From positions 1 to 49,498 of IMG/VR virus record IMGVR_UViG_3300036798_000539: DNA of 49,498 nucleotides. One strand, 5' to 3'. Numbering within the stretch: the stretch's first letter is position 1; each line of letters opens with the position of its first letter. The notes beneath the pieces are model-generated. The model saw only the letters and a list, made by a program, of their open reading frames with translations. It was not told the origin of the DNA and searched no databases. The translations under genes were made by a program, and so were the position numbers. The stretch is from a virus. Its lineage: Duplodnaviria; Caudoviricetes. Shown piece after piece: positions 9,116-17,973 of this stretch.

Positions 9116-12100
9116 GCAGTATCCACGGTTGCAACGTAGTCAGTACGATTATCAACTTTCAATCCACCCTTCAAACTACCGCCAAGGTCAGCGTGTTCAT
9201 CTTTTGGTTTAACCGGAGTTTGATTATCATCAACTTTGATTTTACTCTTTTCATCAGCCCCGCTCTTAGTATCTAATTTACCGCTGGACTTCTTATCGCC
9301 AGATAATTTTTCCTTTGCTGCTTTATCAATATCTTTTTTAAATTCCTCGCCTTCTTTGTAATGGCTACCTTCTTGATGATGCCCCGCAACTCCCTTAAGT
9401 CTTTCGGGGTGCTCTTTATAAATGTCAAGAAATGTATTGACTTCTGCTCTTTCAGTTCGATATTTTTTAGAATGCATAGCTAAAGAAGGTAACGCTTTTA
9501 GCATCTCATCATCAGATAATCTTTGCCTTATTTCTTCTACATCATCATCTTTAGATTGACGCCTACCTGTTCTTTCTGTCATTATAGTATCACTTCCAAC
9601 ATGCCCTAACTCATGCTTTAATATTTGTTCTGGAGGTATATTCCTTTTCTTCATAAAAGCATAATCTAATGTAATAACGTATCTACCCTCCTTCTGATTC
9701 CACTCTGTATGACCATAAATACTTCCTCTACCACCTAATTCTGGATGATTCTTAAAAAATTCATCACTTACATCTTGTACTCTTGGATTCTGTTTCATTC
9801 CCAACAATGTCGTTGGATTATAGTGCTTATAAGGATCATATGAGGAAGATGGTTTTGGTTCCGAAGGTTTCTGCTGAATATCTGGCGGCATTGTTTTCTG
9901 ATCAGGGAATTGCCAAGTATTCGGTGAAGTAACTGGTTTGGTGTCTGTGACTGAAGACGGAGTACTAGGAGGCGCAGGCTGTTTTTCAGCTTCTGCACGC
10001 TTTGCCAATTCACCCGGCAGATCCATATGGTCAACACCTGGGAAATTTTTATCCCGACCATCAGTAGCTGAATCAGCACCTATAATCGTATATTGAATAT
10101 TAGGAAAATTCTTTTGTGCCCCTGAATTCTTAATATTAAATCCACCCTGAGAAAATCCAACAACCTCAGAAACGCCACCCTGAGCTAATCTCTGATTTAA
10201 CTGAACAATTTGCTTTCGTTTATCCTGACCATAAGCTGGAAGAATTTCGAGTTTCTTACCTTTTGAAGCTGCGTACTGTCGCATACTTTCTTCAACGCCT
10301 GCAATCGATTGTGCACCTTTCCCATAATGGGGCGTCAAACCATGCATGAATACGATAGTATCACCTGCGGTTGAAGCAGCAGGAGCCGGTGTAGGTTTCT
10401 GTACTGATGGTCCAGGAGCACCCGCAGGAGCAGGAGCACCAGGAGGTATGATAATCGCTCGTGTTGTATCCTGAGGCCATCTTCGTGTAAATACATCTGT
10501 AGCAGTAGGAGTTGGTTGAACAGTTGAAGGTTGAGCCCCGGCAGTTCCTGGCTGACCAGCTTGAGGTTGTGTAGGCTGTACAGGTTGTTGTGGAGCTTGT
10601 GCTGCTGCTTCCTGTTGATGTCTTACCCAATCACGATCATCATTTTCTTGTATAAAGCGTTCACGACGTGGGCCAAAATCACGTGTAATCGGAGCATTAC
10701 CCGATCGAACAGTACCACTTTCATTTCCAGTTGTAAAATCGCCAACGTTCGATCCTGACATAACCTGAGTAGTCAAATTATCAATACGAGCCTGCCTATC
10801 AGCCGGAACAGAACGATTGAGTTTATTAATAGTAGTTGGCGGATAATAACCCCTATTTCGCAACGTATTTGCAATAGTCGTGTGACGTGATGCAGCGCGA
10901 TTTAAAACGGATTCAATATAAACATGTTCGGCCTCAGTCCCCTGACCACTAACTTCAGCTTCGGTTGAAGCTGCAAGGAGACGCCGGGTTTCTGGATCTT
11001 GTAACTCTTGCGTAAATTGTGACCGCTCTTGTCTAAGCGTAGAAAGAGTACCAATACCATTTTGAGCATAATCAGGATTAGGTGCACGAGCAGCCGGGTG
11101 AACACGGCCGGCAGCATCACGAACAACAGGAGTAGGAGTATAGGTTACATCTCTATTGCCGCCTATACCCGCTGCTGGACCAGCCGCAGGAGCTCCTGGA
11201 ACAGCGGGTTGTGTTCCTGGCCATGCCCACGTAGTCCCACCTTGAGGAGTTGAAGTAGTAGTAGGAGAAGCCGTTGGTTGTTGATTAGTAGAAGGAACAG
11301 AGGAACCAGTAGGAAATGGGACTCCTGTCATTGGCCAGAGTTTTTCATGTAACTCTTGATCAGTTGGCAAACGATTTCCAGCAAGCTGTTGTACTACTCT
11401 AGTATCAGCAGTTGGTAGTTCGTGCACATGTCTTCCAGGAACTAATTGAAAATGATTGTATTCACTCCTATTATTTGGTCCATAAGGGCCTACTACTCCT
11501 TCACCAGCCAAAATTTGGTGAGCTTTGGCAGTCTGTTTTGATCCTGCACCACCTATTCCACCTATATCTACAGCAGCACCAAGCGAATGGAATGATTCAC
11601 CTGCTCTGTCAAATTTACTCCCAGTTCCAGTAGGACCAGAGCCGGTTCTGTATGCAGAATTAAGACCAGCGTCGGGATATCCCTGAGCTCGAAGATCTTT
11701 AATTCCTCTGGCTAAACGCAAAGCAAACTCTGGATGCAATCTAGCTATTGCATTAGCATCTCCTTGGGCCTGAACAGTACCACCACGTTCATGCATAGTG
11801 CTAAGAAGATATGCTCTAGCTTCAGTTACTTCTTGCGTATCACCAGTATAAGTTTGTGATGTAGCTTCGGGAGAACTAGGATGAGGAGCAAGAACAGGAG
11901 CACTAGAGCCAGGTTGAGGTTGAGCAGCAGGAGCACTAGGCTGTGCAGGTTGAACAGGTCGAGCAGGTTGAGCAGGTTGAGTTCCAGGCCACGGCCAAGT
12001 CGTTGCTGGAGCTTGTGGAGCAGTAGGTTGTTGAGCTGTTGAAGGAGTTCGTGAAGTGTCACCTACCGGACGCCCGCCTACCGGAAGGTTCTTTTTATTC

Positions 12101-14781
12101 CAAGGATAACCCATAGTAATATTTCTTGAACGCAAGCGTGGTCCTTCCCATATTTCATAATGAAGATGTGGGGTGTTATTTGCGACACCGCTTCTTCCAA
12201 TTTGCTGACCTGCTTCAACTCTTGCCCCGGCTTTTAGATTAGGATCAAGATGATGATGCATATAAACAACTCGGCGACCATCATCTAATTTAATAATAGT
12301 GACTGCATCACCTTGATTAGTAGCATTTGCATGATGGCTTTCAATAACGCCACCACCTGCCGCATAGATTGGTGAATTAGCCGGAGCTAAAAGATCGATT
12401 CCTTGATGGCCACCTTGAGCACGAGTAGCACGTCCTGTACCTACAACTCCGCCACCTATTCCAGATGCTGTAACTGGATCCACAAGCCCTGTACCTCCAG
12501 TAGGATATTGGGTTGCAGCATTTGGTCTCTGTGTTGTTGCAGGATTAGGCTGTTGTTGTGTTTGTGGTGATAGCGGTGGTAACCCTCTGTTACCACGTTG
12601 AGGATCTTGTTGAATAGGAGCCTGAGCAGGTTGTTGAGCAGGTGGAGGTGGAGGCGGAGCACCATCAGGATGAGATCTTCTATAAGCATCATTCCTTCTT
12701 CTAGTATCATTTATCCAAGGATCTGACCCACGTTCACGTGCCTTTGCAGGAGCATTACGAGGGCGCTCCCCAAGCCGAGTAACAGTCTCTGAAACCTGAC
12801 CAGCAGTGGCTCCAGATTGCCTTGCATAATCCCCCGCTCTTTTCATTCCCGGATCGCCCTTACCTGAAAGTTCCATATGATAGAATTCAAGTTGTTCATC
12901 TAATGTACTTTGTCTCATATCATGGCCAAATAGTCTTCTAAAATTATCTTGTCTCGTTCGATCCCATCCAGCAATTCCATACCCATTTCCATGATCATGA
13001 ACTTGATTAATATTTAGAGATGAAGTTTCACCTCTCAAAGAGGTAACAAACCCAAGAGCTGCCTCATGGCTCCATCCTTTGCTCTCAAAATATCTAATAG
13101 CATAAGCTTCTCTTTCAGTAGTTGTTGATCCAGCAGGCCCTTGTGGAGCGCTTGGAGTAGGTCCTTGTGAAGGAACTGCCGGCGCTTCATGAATACGAGG
13201 GTGACCCGGACCAGTGTAGCGCCTAATTCCTCCTTTCGGCATTGTTCCTCGAGGCTGCTGAGCAGTAGGAGCACCACGCGGAACATTCGATTTAAATGGA
13301 CCAGGACCTGATGGTGCAGTAGTCGTTACGGGTCCTGTTGTTTCTCTTGGACCACGGGTCACACCAGGAGCTTTTGGTCCTAGAGGAGCCAATGCAGGAG
13401 TTCTATGTGCACCAGGAGTCCTAAACGGACCACCCGTTCCTGGAGCTCCTGGAGCTCCATACCCAACTGATGGTGCAGGTGCATCCAAAAATCCATGGGC
13501 TTGAGCCGTAGAAGGCCCAACAATATCCAGTAATGTATTGATTACTGTTTGGATTACACCGAGGAATTTCTTTATTATACTGAATAAGCCTTCCCATGTT
13601 TTCTTTAGGTTTTTGAAAACCTCCTTACTTTGTTGAATAGAGGTGTCTACAAGATACTCCCAAATCTTTTTCATCGTATTAGGAAAGCTTTTTGAAACAT
13701 TACTTGTTCGAGCCCAAACAATAAAGTCAGATATAGCCGCAACCTCTTTTGAAGTATTATTAACCCATCTTGTTAATACTGCGACAAAACCAGAACGAGC
13801 AAGCCATTCCCCAAGTTTAGTGACTATCGAATCTGCTGCGGTTTGAACATGGCGTCCTAGAGTTAACCAAGTTTGCTGAGTACCGGGGCGAGGTTGCAAT
13901 CCTGGTCGAGCTCTTTTAGCTTTACCAATCTGTTCCGTAAGTCGCTCTTCACTCATCTCCCGCAAAACAACAATCTGTTGCTGACTAAAAACAGAAAGTA
14001 AAAGAGGGCTAACTATTGATTCATAATTCTGAGGTAGTGATTTAATATATGCTTGAGCCTTCACAAGTAATTCCATAGTCATTTGTGTAGTATCAGCAGT
14101 TTGTTTTATTTGGAAAAATTTATATAGAAGTCTTGCTTGTTCGGAATAAGGGTCTTGGCGCAATCTACCAATAGTGTCGATTAATTCAGAAGTACCAGGT
14201 ATTTCACTTAAATAGGTTCTAATGGCACGAATGCCGCCAACAGAAGCTCTAGAAGATAAAGATTTCAATTCATCTCTATACATAAAATCATAAAATTGTT
14301 GTATCTTATTCCAGACCCATTTTAAGAATATAACCCCAAGTGACGCCACAACACCAACTGCAAATCCCACTGGTCCTCCAAAAAATGCCCCAATTCGTGC
14401 AAATCGTGATATTAGTGCAGAAGACTCTATAAGACCACTAACATCCATAAACTCAGTAAATCTACTTAATTGCTGAATAAATCCACGACCCGATGGACTA
14501 ATAGTCCGAAACATTTTTTCATTAGACATCAATATTATATTTTCAAATCGATTAAGTGCACTCTGAAAGCGTGAAAATACAGACGCAAAATTCATACCTG
14601 CAAACATCACAGGCTGTCGGACTTGTTGCTGTTTCTGTTGTGCCTGTCCGGCAGCAGCCTGAGCTCGTGATAAAGAAGCCTGAACTTTACTCGATAGTTT
14701 AACACATTCCTCTATCTTACCCGTAAATTTCTTTACGGAATCAAAAAACTCTGACGGAATGCCTATTTTGACTTCAGGCAT
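9112..14781 (-). CDS. Tape-measure-like protein 1 with multiple cell-wall hydrolase domains
   Basis: Follows the tail chaperone; helical N-terminal ~420 aa; then tail-lysozyme, M23 (HQGID/HLH), M15 (SFHSLGAAVD/EYNH), SleB-like, GFSQG and HELGH motifs separated by P/Q/A/T linkers. Confidence 0.75.
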   Translation of the reverse strand: MPEVKIGIPSEFFDSVKKFTGKIEECVKLSSKVQASLSRAQAAAGQAQQKQQQVRQPVMFAGMNFASVFSRFQSALNRFENIILMSNEKMFRTISPSGRGFIQQLSRFTEFMDVSGLIESSALISRFARIGAFFGGPVGFAVGVVASLGVIFLKWVWNKIQQFYDFMYRDELKSLSSRASVGGIRAIRTYLSEIPGTSELIDTIGRLRQDPYSEQARLLYKFFQIKQTADTTQMTMELLVKAQAYIKSLPQNYESIVSPLLLSVFSQQQIVVLREMSEERLTEQIGKAKRARPGLQPRPGTQQTWLTLGRHVQTAADSIVTKLGEWLARSGFVAVLTRWVNNTSKEVAAISDFIVWARTSNVSKSFPNTMKKIWEYLVDTSIQQSKEVFKNLKKTWEGLFSIIKKFLGVIQTVINTLLDIVGPSTAQAHGFLDAPAPSVGYGAPGAPGTGGPFRTPGAHRTPALAPLGPKAPGVTRGPRETTGPVTTTAPSGPGPFKSNVPRGAPTAQQPRGTMPKGGIRRYTGPGHPRIHEAPAVPSQGPTPSAPQGPAGSTTTEREAYAIRYFESKGWSHEAALGFVTSLRGETSSLNINQVHDHGNGYGIAGWDRTRQDNFRRLFGHDMRQSTLDEQLEFYHMELSGKGDPGMKRAGDYARQSGATAGQVSETVTRLGERPRNAPAKARERGSDPWINDTRRRNDAYRRSHPDGAPPPPPPAQQPAQAPIQQDPQRGNRGLPPLSPQTQQQPNPATTQRPNAATQYPTGGTGLVDPVTASGIGGGVVGTGRATRAQGGHQGIDLLAPANSPIYAAGGGVIESHHANATNQGDAVTIIKLDDGRRVVYMHHHLDPNLKAGARVEAGQQIGRSGVANNTPHLHYEIWEGPRLRSRNITMGYPWNKKNLPVGGRPVGDTSRTPSTAQQPTAPQAPATTWPWPGTQPAQPARPVQPAQPSAPAAQPQPGSSAPVLAPHPSSPEATSQTYTGDTQEVTEARAYLLSTMHERGGTVQAQGDANAIARLHPEFALRLARGIKDLRAQGYPDAGLNSAYRTGSGPTGTGSKFDRAGESFHSLGAAVDIGGIGGAGSKQTAKAHQILAGEGVVGPYGPNNRSEYNHFQLVPGRHVHELPTADTRVVQQLAGNRLPTDQELHEKLWPMTGVPFPTGSSVPSTNQQPTASPTTTSTPQGGTTWAWPGTQPAVPGAPAAGPAAGIGGNRDVTYTPTPVVRDAAGRVHPAARAPNPDYAQNGIGTLSTLRQERSQFTQELQDPETRRLLAASTEAEVSGQGTEAEHVYIESVLNRAASRHTTIANTLRNRGYYPPTTINKLNRSVPADRQARIDNLTTQVMSGSNVGDFTTGNESGTVRSGNAPITRDFGPRRERFIQENDDRDWVRHQQEAAAQAPQQPVQPTQPQAGQPGTAGAQPSTVQPTPTATDVFTRRWPQDTTRAIIIPPGAPAPAGAPGPSVQKPTPAPAASTAGDTIVFMHGLTPHYGKGAQSIAGVEESMRQYAASKGKKLEILPAYGQDKRKQIVQLNQRLAQGGVSEVVGFSQGGFNIKNSGAQKNFPNIQYTIIGADSATDGRDKNFPGVDHMDLPGELAKRAEAEKQPAPPSTPSSVTDTKPVTSPNTWQFPDQKTMPPDIQQKPSEPKPSSSYDPYKHYNPTTLLGMKQNPRVQDVSDEFFKNHPELGGRGSIYGHTEWNQKEGRYVITLDYAFMKKRNIPPEQILKHELGHVGSDTIMTERTGRRQSKDDDVEEIRQRLSDDEMLKALPSLAMHSKKYRTERAEVNTFLDIYKEHPERLKGVAGHHQEGSHYKEGEEFKKDIDKAAKEKLSGDKKSSGKLDTKSGADEKSKIKVDDNQTPVKPKDEHADLGGSLKGGLKVDNRTDYVATVDTA

Positions 14782-15084
14782 CTATTGCTTCCACATAGCG
14801 ATCATATATCGCTGTTGCCATTGGAGTCTATCATTGTGAGGCCAAGCTAATTCATACTGATCAAAAATAACTTTAAACCCTTCAGTTATCATCCACGAAA
14901 AATAAGCTTGTACTATTGATTCACTACCGTCTGATTCTCGCCAGTATTCTCTTCCTGAATCGATATCGGCAAGGAACTCATAAATTCCGTAGCATTCGAG
15001 GAGATTATTTGCGCTCCCCAAAGTGAACTCAAACCTTGCCGAGCCATTTCCATCTCCTCCTTTTGATGAATGGCTGAGCTGCAC
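14782..15084 (-). CDS. Possible tail-chaperone C-terminal extension (-1 frame relative to the chaperone) or small ORF
   Basis: Open frame overlaps the chaperone 3' end and stops immediately before the tape-measure start, like lambda G/GT. No clear slippery site seen. Confidence 0.35.
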   Translation of the reverse strand: MQLSHSSKGGDGNGSARFEFTLGSANNLLECYGIYEFLADIDSGREYWRESDGSESIVQAYFSWMITEGFKVIFDQYELAWPHNDRLQWQQRYMIAMWKQ

Positions 15085-15476
15085 ATAAAATATACGAGCG
15101 TATTTTCAACCTCCCCAACTGTATATTCATCAATTATTCCACGTTTTCTAGCAATATCAAATGGCATAGTCTCCCAACCATTTTCTCCAGGTAGAATTAT
15201 ACTAGTCAACCGGTACATTTCTGACATGAGAGATTGTTGCGTTTTTTCCCATACACCAAGAGCAGTAGCTTCTTGCTTTAGCATAAGAGCAGCGACACGT
15301 GGCCCTGCTATTGGACCAAGTGAATTTGCATAGATAGCATTAAATGTTCGAGAGATAGTCAGGAAATTATCCTCGAACGCCACCCTACTAATTGGGGTTG
15401 AATGAATATATATATTCCCATCATCTGTCTCAAGAGTCAAGACAAGATTGAGCTTACGATTAATTTTGATAGCCAT
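14913..15476 (-). CDS. Tail assembly chaperone
   Basis: Lies between tube and tape measure; RBS GGAGG upstream. Confidence 0.6.
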   Translation of the reverse strand: MAIKINRKLNLVLTLETDDGNIYIHSTPISRVAFEDNFLTISRTFNAIYANSLGPIAGPRVAALMLKQEATALGVWEKTQQSLMSEMYRLTSIILPGENGWETMPFDIARKRGIIDEYTVGEVENTLVYFMCSSAIHQKEEMEMARQGLSSLWGAQIISSNATEFMSSLPISIQEENTGENQTVVNQ

Positions 15477-15490
15477 ACTCTACGCCTCCA

Positions 15491-15931
15491 TTAGGTTCCA
15501 AAGAATCCAGTATTTACGTTATAATATCCTCTAGCCGTGACAACCATAGCCGCTTCCATTCCTGCAAACGCCATCTCACGAATGCTTTCAAGAGCAACGT
15601 TATTGATAGCAAACACAGGAATAACGTCTGTATCTGGCCAAATCGTTGCAATCCCCATGAGGGTTGTATCCTCAAACTGGAGTTTGTAAAGATTAGCCAG
15701 TGATGAACTTCGAACAATCGACATCGTTATAGATGCCGCAAGATATGGTGCCGGACTACTGACCAAGCTGACCATAGCCGGTAGTAAATCAGTCGCATTT
15801 CCTTCCAACGCCAAGCGAATACCTTCTGTTGTCAGAAAGTTGCTTGTGACATTGAGTTCAGGAAAATCCGAAAATACTACCGAAGCCCGGAGTCGGTTTA
15901 GGACTCCAGGAGGAACAAATGTGAAAGCCAT
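15491..15931 (-). CDS. Tail tube protein
   Basis: 146-aa beta-rich protein immediately after the sheath; GVLNRLRASV motif. Confidence 0.7.
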   Translation of the reverse strand: MAFTFVPPGVLNRLRASVVFSDFPELNVTSNFLTTEGIRLALEGNATDLLPAMVSLVSSPAPYLAASITMSIVRSSSLANLYKLQFEDTTLMGIATIWPDTDVIPVFAINNVALESIREMAFAGMEAAMVVTARGYYNVNTGFFGT

Positions 15932-15941
15932 GGGTTACCTC

Positions 15942-17708
15942 CTAGATGGAAACAAGATCCGTGGCCACAACATTCACGAGGATATGGATAAATCCGCGTG
16001 AAGGGATAAACAGAGTGGAAAGTCCATCATACTCTCCAATCTTATAATCCCCTGGATTCGCCAACGTGTAGTTAAGGAACGGGACAGCATTCACGTCACA
16101 CTCACCTGCAAATTCACCACCGTTGATGGAATTAGTAAGATCTGGACCATCATATGTGGACATTACAATCTTACCCAAAACCATGCCGAACGTGCTGGCG
16201 CTCACCATCGTATGATAGAGCACTGTTTGCAGATAGTTGATGCCATCCTGGTTGTAATAAAGCGGAGCCAATGGGTTATTAGACCCGTTGATGATTGCAT
16301 TGCTGAGATTCAAATTGATCTCAATCTGAACCCAATCAATCGTATACCACCAATTGAAGTAGTCATGGCCATCAGCAGTCACACCTTCGTAGACCATAGT
16401 GAAACTGATACCGCCTTCAGCACCAGTGGTGATGTAGTTCGTATACGTTGATTTGAAGCTAACGAGCAATGGCCCATTGTTCCGCTGTGGATACTCCGTA
16501 ACCCCATAGACATACTTGAATGCCATGGGTGAAATACGGTTCGTATTCGATGGCCGATAAGCCAGCGCATTGTAGAAAAGCGCAGCGAGCGTAAACTCAC
16601 CTTCCGGGTCGATTGTATTAGAATACCCAGAAGTGCTACCGGGTGGAACTGCCAATGGATCATTTAGTACCGGAGCCTCAACAAGTTTGAAGACATCCTT
16701 GTAAGTGGGATCCAAGGTTCGCATAGTCTGTTGAGTAACCGTGACCCAGAAATACTCCATTTTTTCTGGAGCTTGATATTGTTTCAACATCCCCATAAAC
16801 GAAGTCGGAGGCGGATATGGTGCAGGATATCCTGTCCATACTGGAAGCGCATTTACATCTGAACCAAACTCACGCGGCATTAAGAACCCATAGATTGTCA
16901 ATGGATTCTGAGCAAGCCAGTTTTCCAAAGCAGTGACTTTATTGTTAATAGAATTCTGGTACCCAAGTTCCAGAACCCACGGTCCAATCATATTTCCTTG
17001 ACCGAAATAGGTTGTAGCCATCTGCTGAAGTTCGATGGTGTTGTGCCATGTGGCTATACCCATCACGGTTGCAGTTCCAGGATTCGTAGTCAATGGATAT
17101 GAGAATGCGCTTGCACCTGTCACCGTACATGATGCCAAACCATTGTATGACGCAGGTGTCGCCCCAGAAATTACTAAGCTGATGACATCTCCAATCGCTG
17201 CTCCAGGAATAGGCGTTGACGTCGTCGCTGTTACAACATTTGTTGCCCATGTCAAAGCACTAAGATTCAGTGGAAGTTGCAGCATTGAAGGAAATGATGC
17301 AATTCCCTCTTGAGTCACTGGACCAGGGTTAGTCGCCAAGGGATATGTCAATCCATTAGCGGAGATAATGTTAGCCGTAAATGTTCCATTGTATGCAGTA
17401 GGAACTGTTTGACTTATTACAATGGTCACAGTATCGCCCACACTAACCCCAGGAATAGTTTGGTCAATAGTTACTGTGACATGACCTGAGGACCACACAG
17501 TGGTCAATATAATCATTGCCGACTCAGGCAGCGTTAGATCTGACAATTGTGTTAAGAGTTCCGTATCACCTGGTGGCAAAGTTGTCGCACCAAATGACAC
17601 AAAAGCTCCGGTTCGCTGATAGTTGATAGGGGTTGGAGCCTCAATGATTGAAACGTGCACCGTTACAATCGCATTGGGATCCGTACTAAACTGAGTCTGG
17701 ATTGCCAT
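15942..17708 (-). CDS. Tail sheath protein (DUF3383-like) with two inserted beta-domain repeats
   Basis: C-terminal WWYTIDWVQI...IINGSNNPLAPLYYNQDGINYLQ sheath motif; 588 aa; synteny. Confidence 0.8.
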   Translation of the reverse strand: MAIQTQFSTDPNAIVTVHVSIIEAPTPINYQRTGAFVSFGATTLPPGDTELLTQLSDLTLPESAMIILTTVWSSGHVTVTIDQTIPGVSVGDTVTIVISQTVPTAYNGTFTANIISANGLTYPLATNPGPVTQEGIASFPSMLQLPLNLSALTWATNVVTATTSTPIPGAAIGDVISLVISGATPASYNGLASCTVTGASAFSYPLTTNPGTATVMGIATWHNTIELQQMATTYFGQGNMIGPWVLELGYQNSINNKVTALENWLAQNPLTIYGFLMPREFGSDVNALPVWTGYPAPYPPPTSFMGMLKQYQAPEKMEYFWVTVTQQTMRTLDPTYKDVFKLVEAPVLNDPLAVPPGSTSGYSNTIDPEGEFTLAALFYNALAYRPSNTNRISPMAFKYVYGVTEYPQRNNGPLLVSFKSTYTNYITTGAEGGISFTMVYEGVTADGHDYFNWWYTIDWVQIEINLNLSNAIINGSNNPLAPLYYNQDGINYLQTVLYHTMVSASTFGMVLGKIVMSTYDGPDLTNSINGGEFAGECDVNAVPFLNYTLANPGDYKIGEYDGLSTLFIPSRGFIHILVNVVATDLVSI

Positions 17709-17738
17709 GGATCACGTTCCTTTTGCAAGAATAAAGAC

Positions 17739-17972
17739 TTACTCAGCCGGATCTTCAGCCGGTAGTTCTTCAGCCAGTGCTTCTTCAGCAGGCGCGCTTT
17801 CAGAAGCTTCTTCTACCTCAGCTATTTGGATCGTTCCAGCCGCATAGGTTGGCTTATTTGGAACACGGGGAGCAGTAGCCGTGGTCAACACCGTCACACC
17901 ACCCGGTTTCTGGACCGGAGCATCGAGCGGATAGGTTGCGCGCCAATCAGGCAAAACGTTATTCTGCGGCAT
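17739..17972 (-). CDS. Small hypothetical protein with an acidic C-terminus
   Basis: ORF track; RBS GGAGG; sits within the structural operon. Confidence 0.55.
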   Translation of the reverse strand: MPQNNVLPDWRATYPLDAPVQKPGGVTVLTTATAPRVPNKPTYAAGTIQIAEVEEASESAPAEEALAEELPAEDPAE

Positions 17973-17973
17973 C

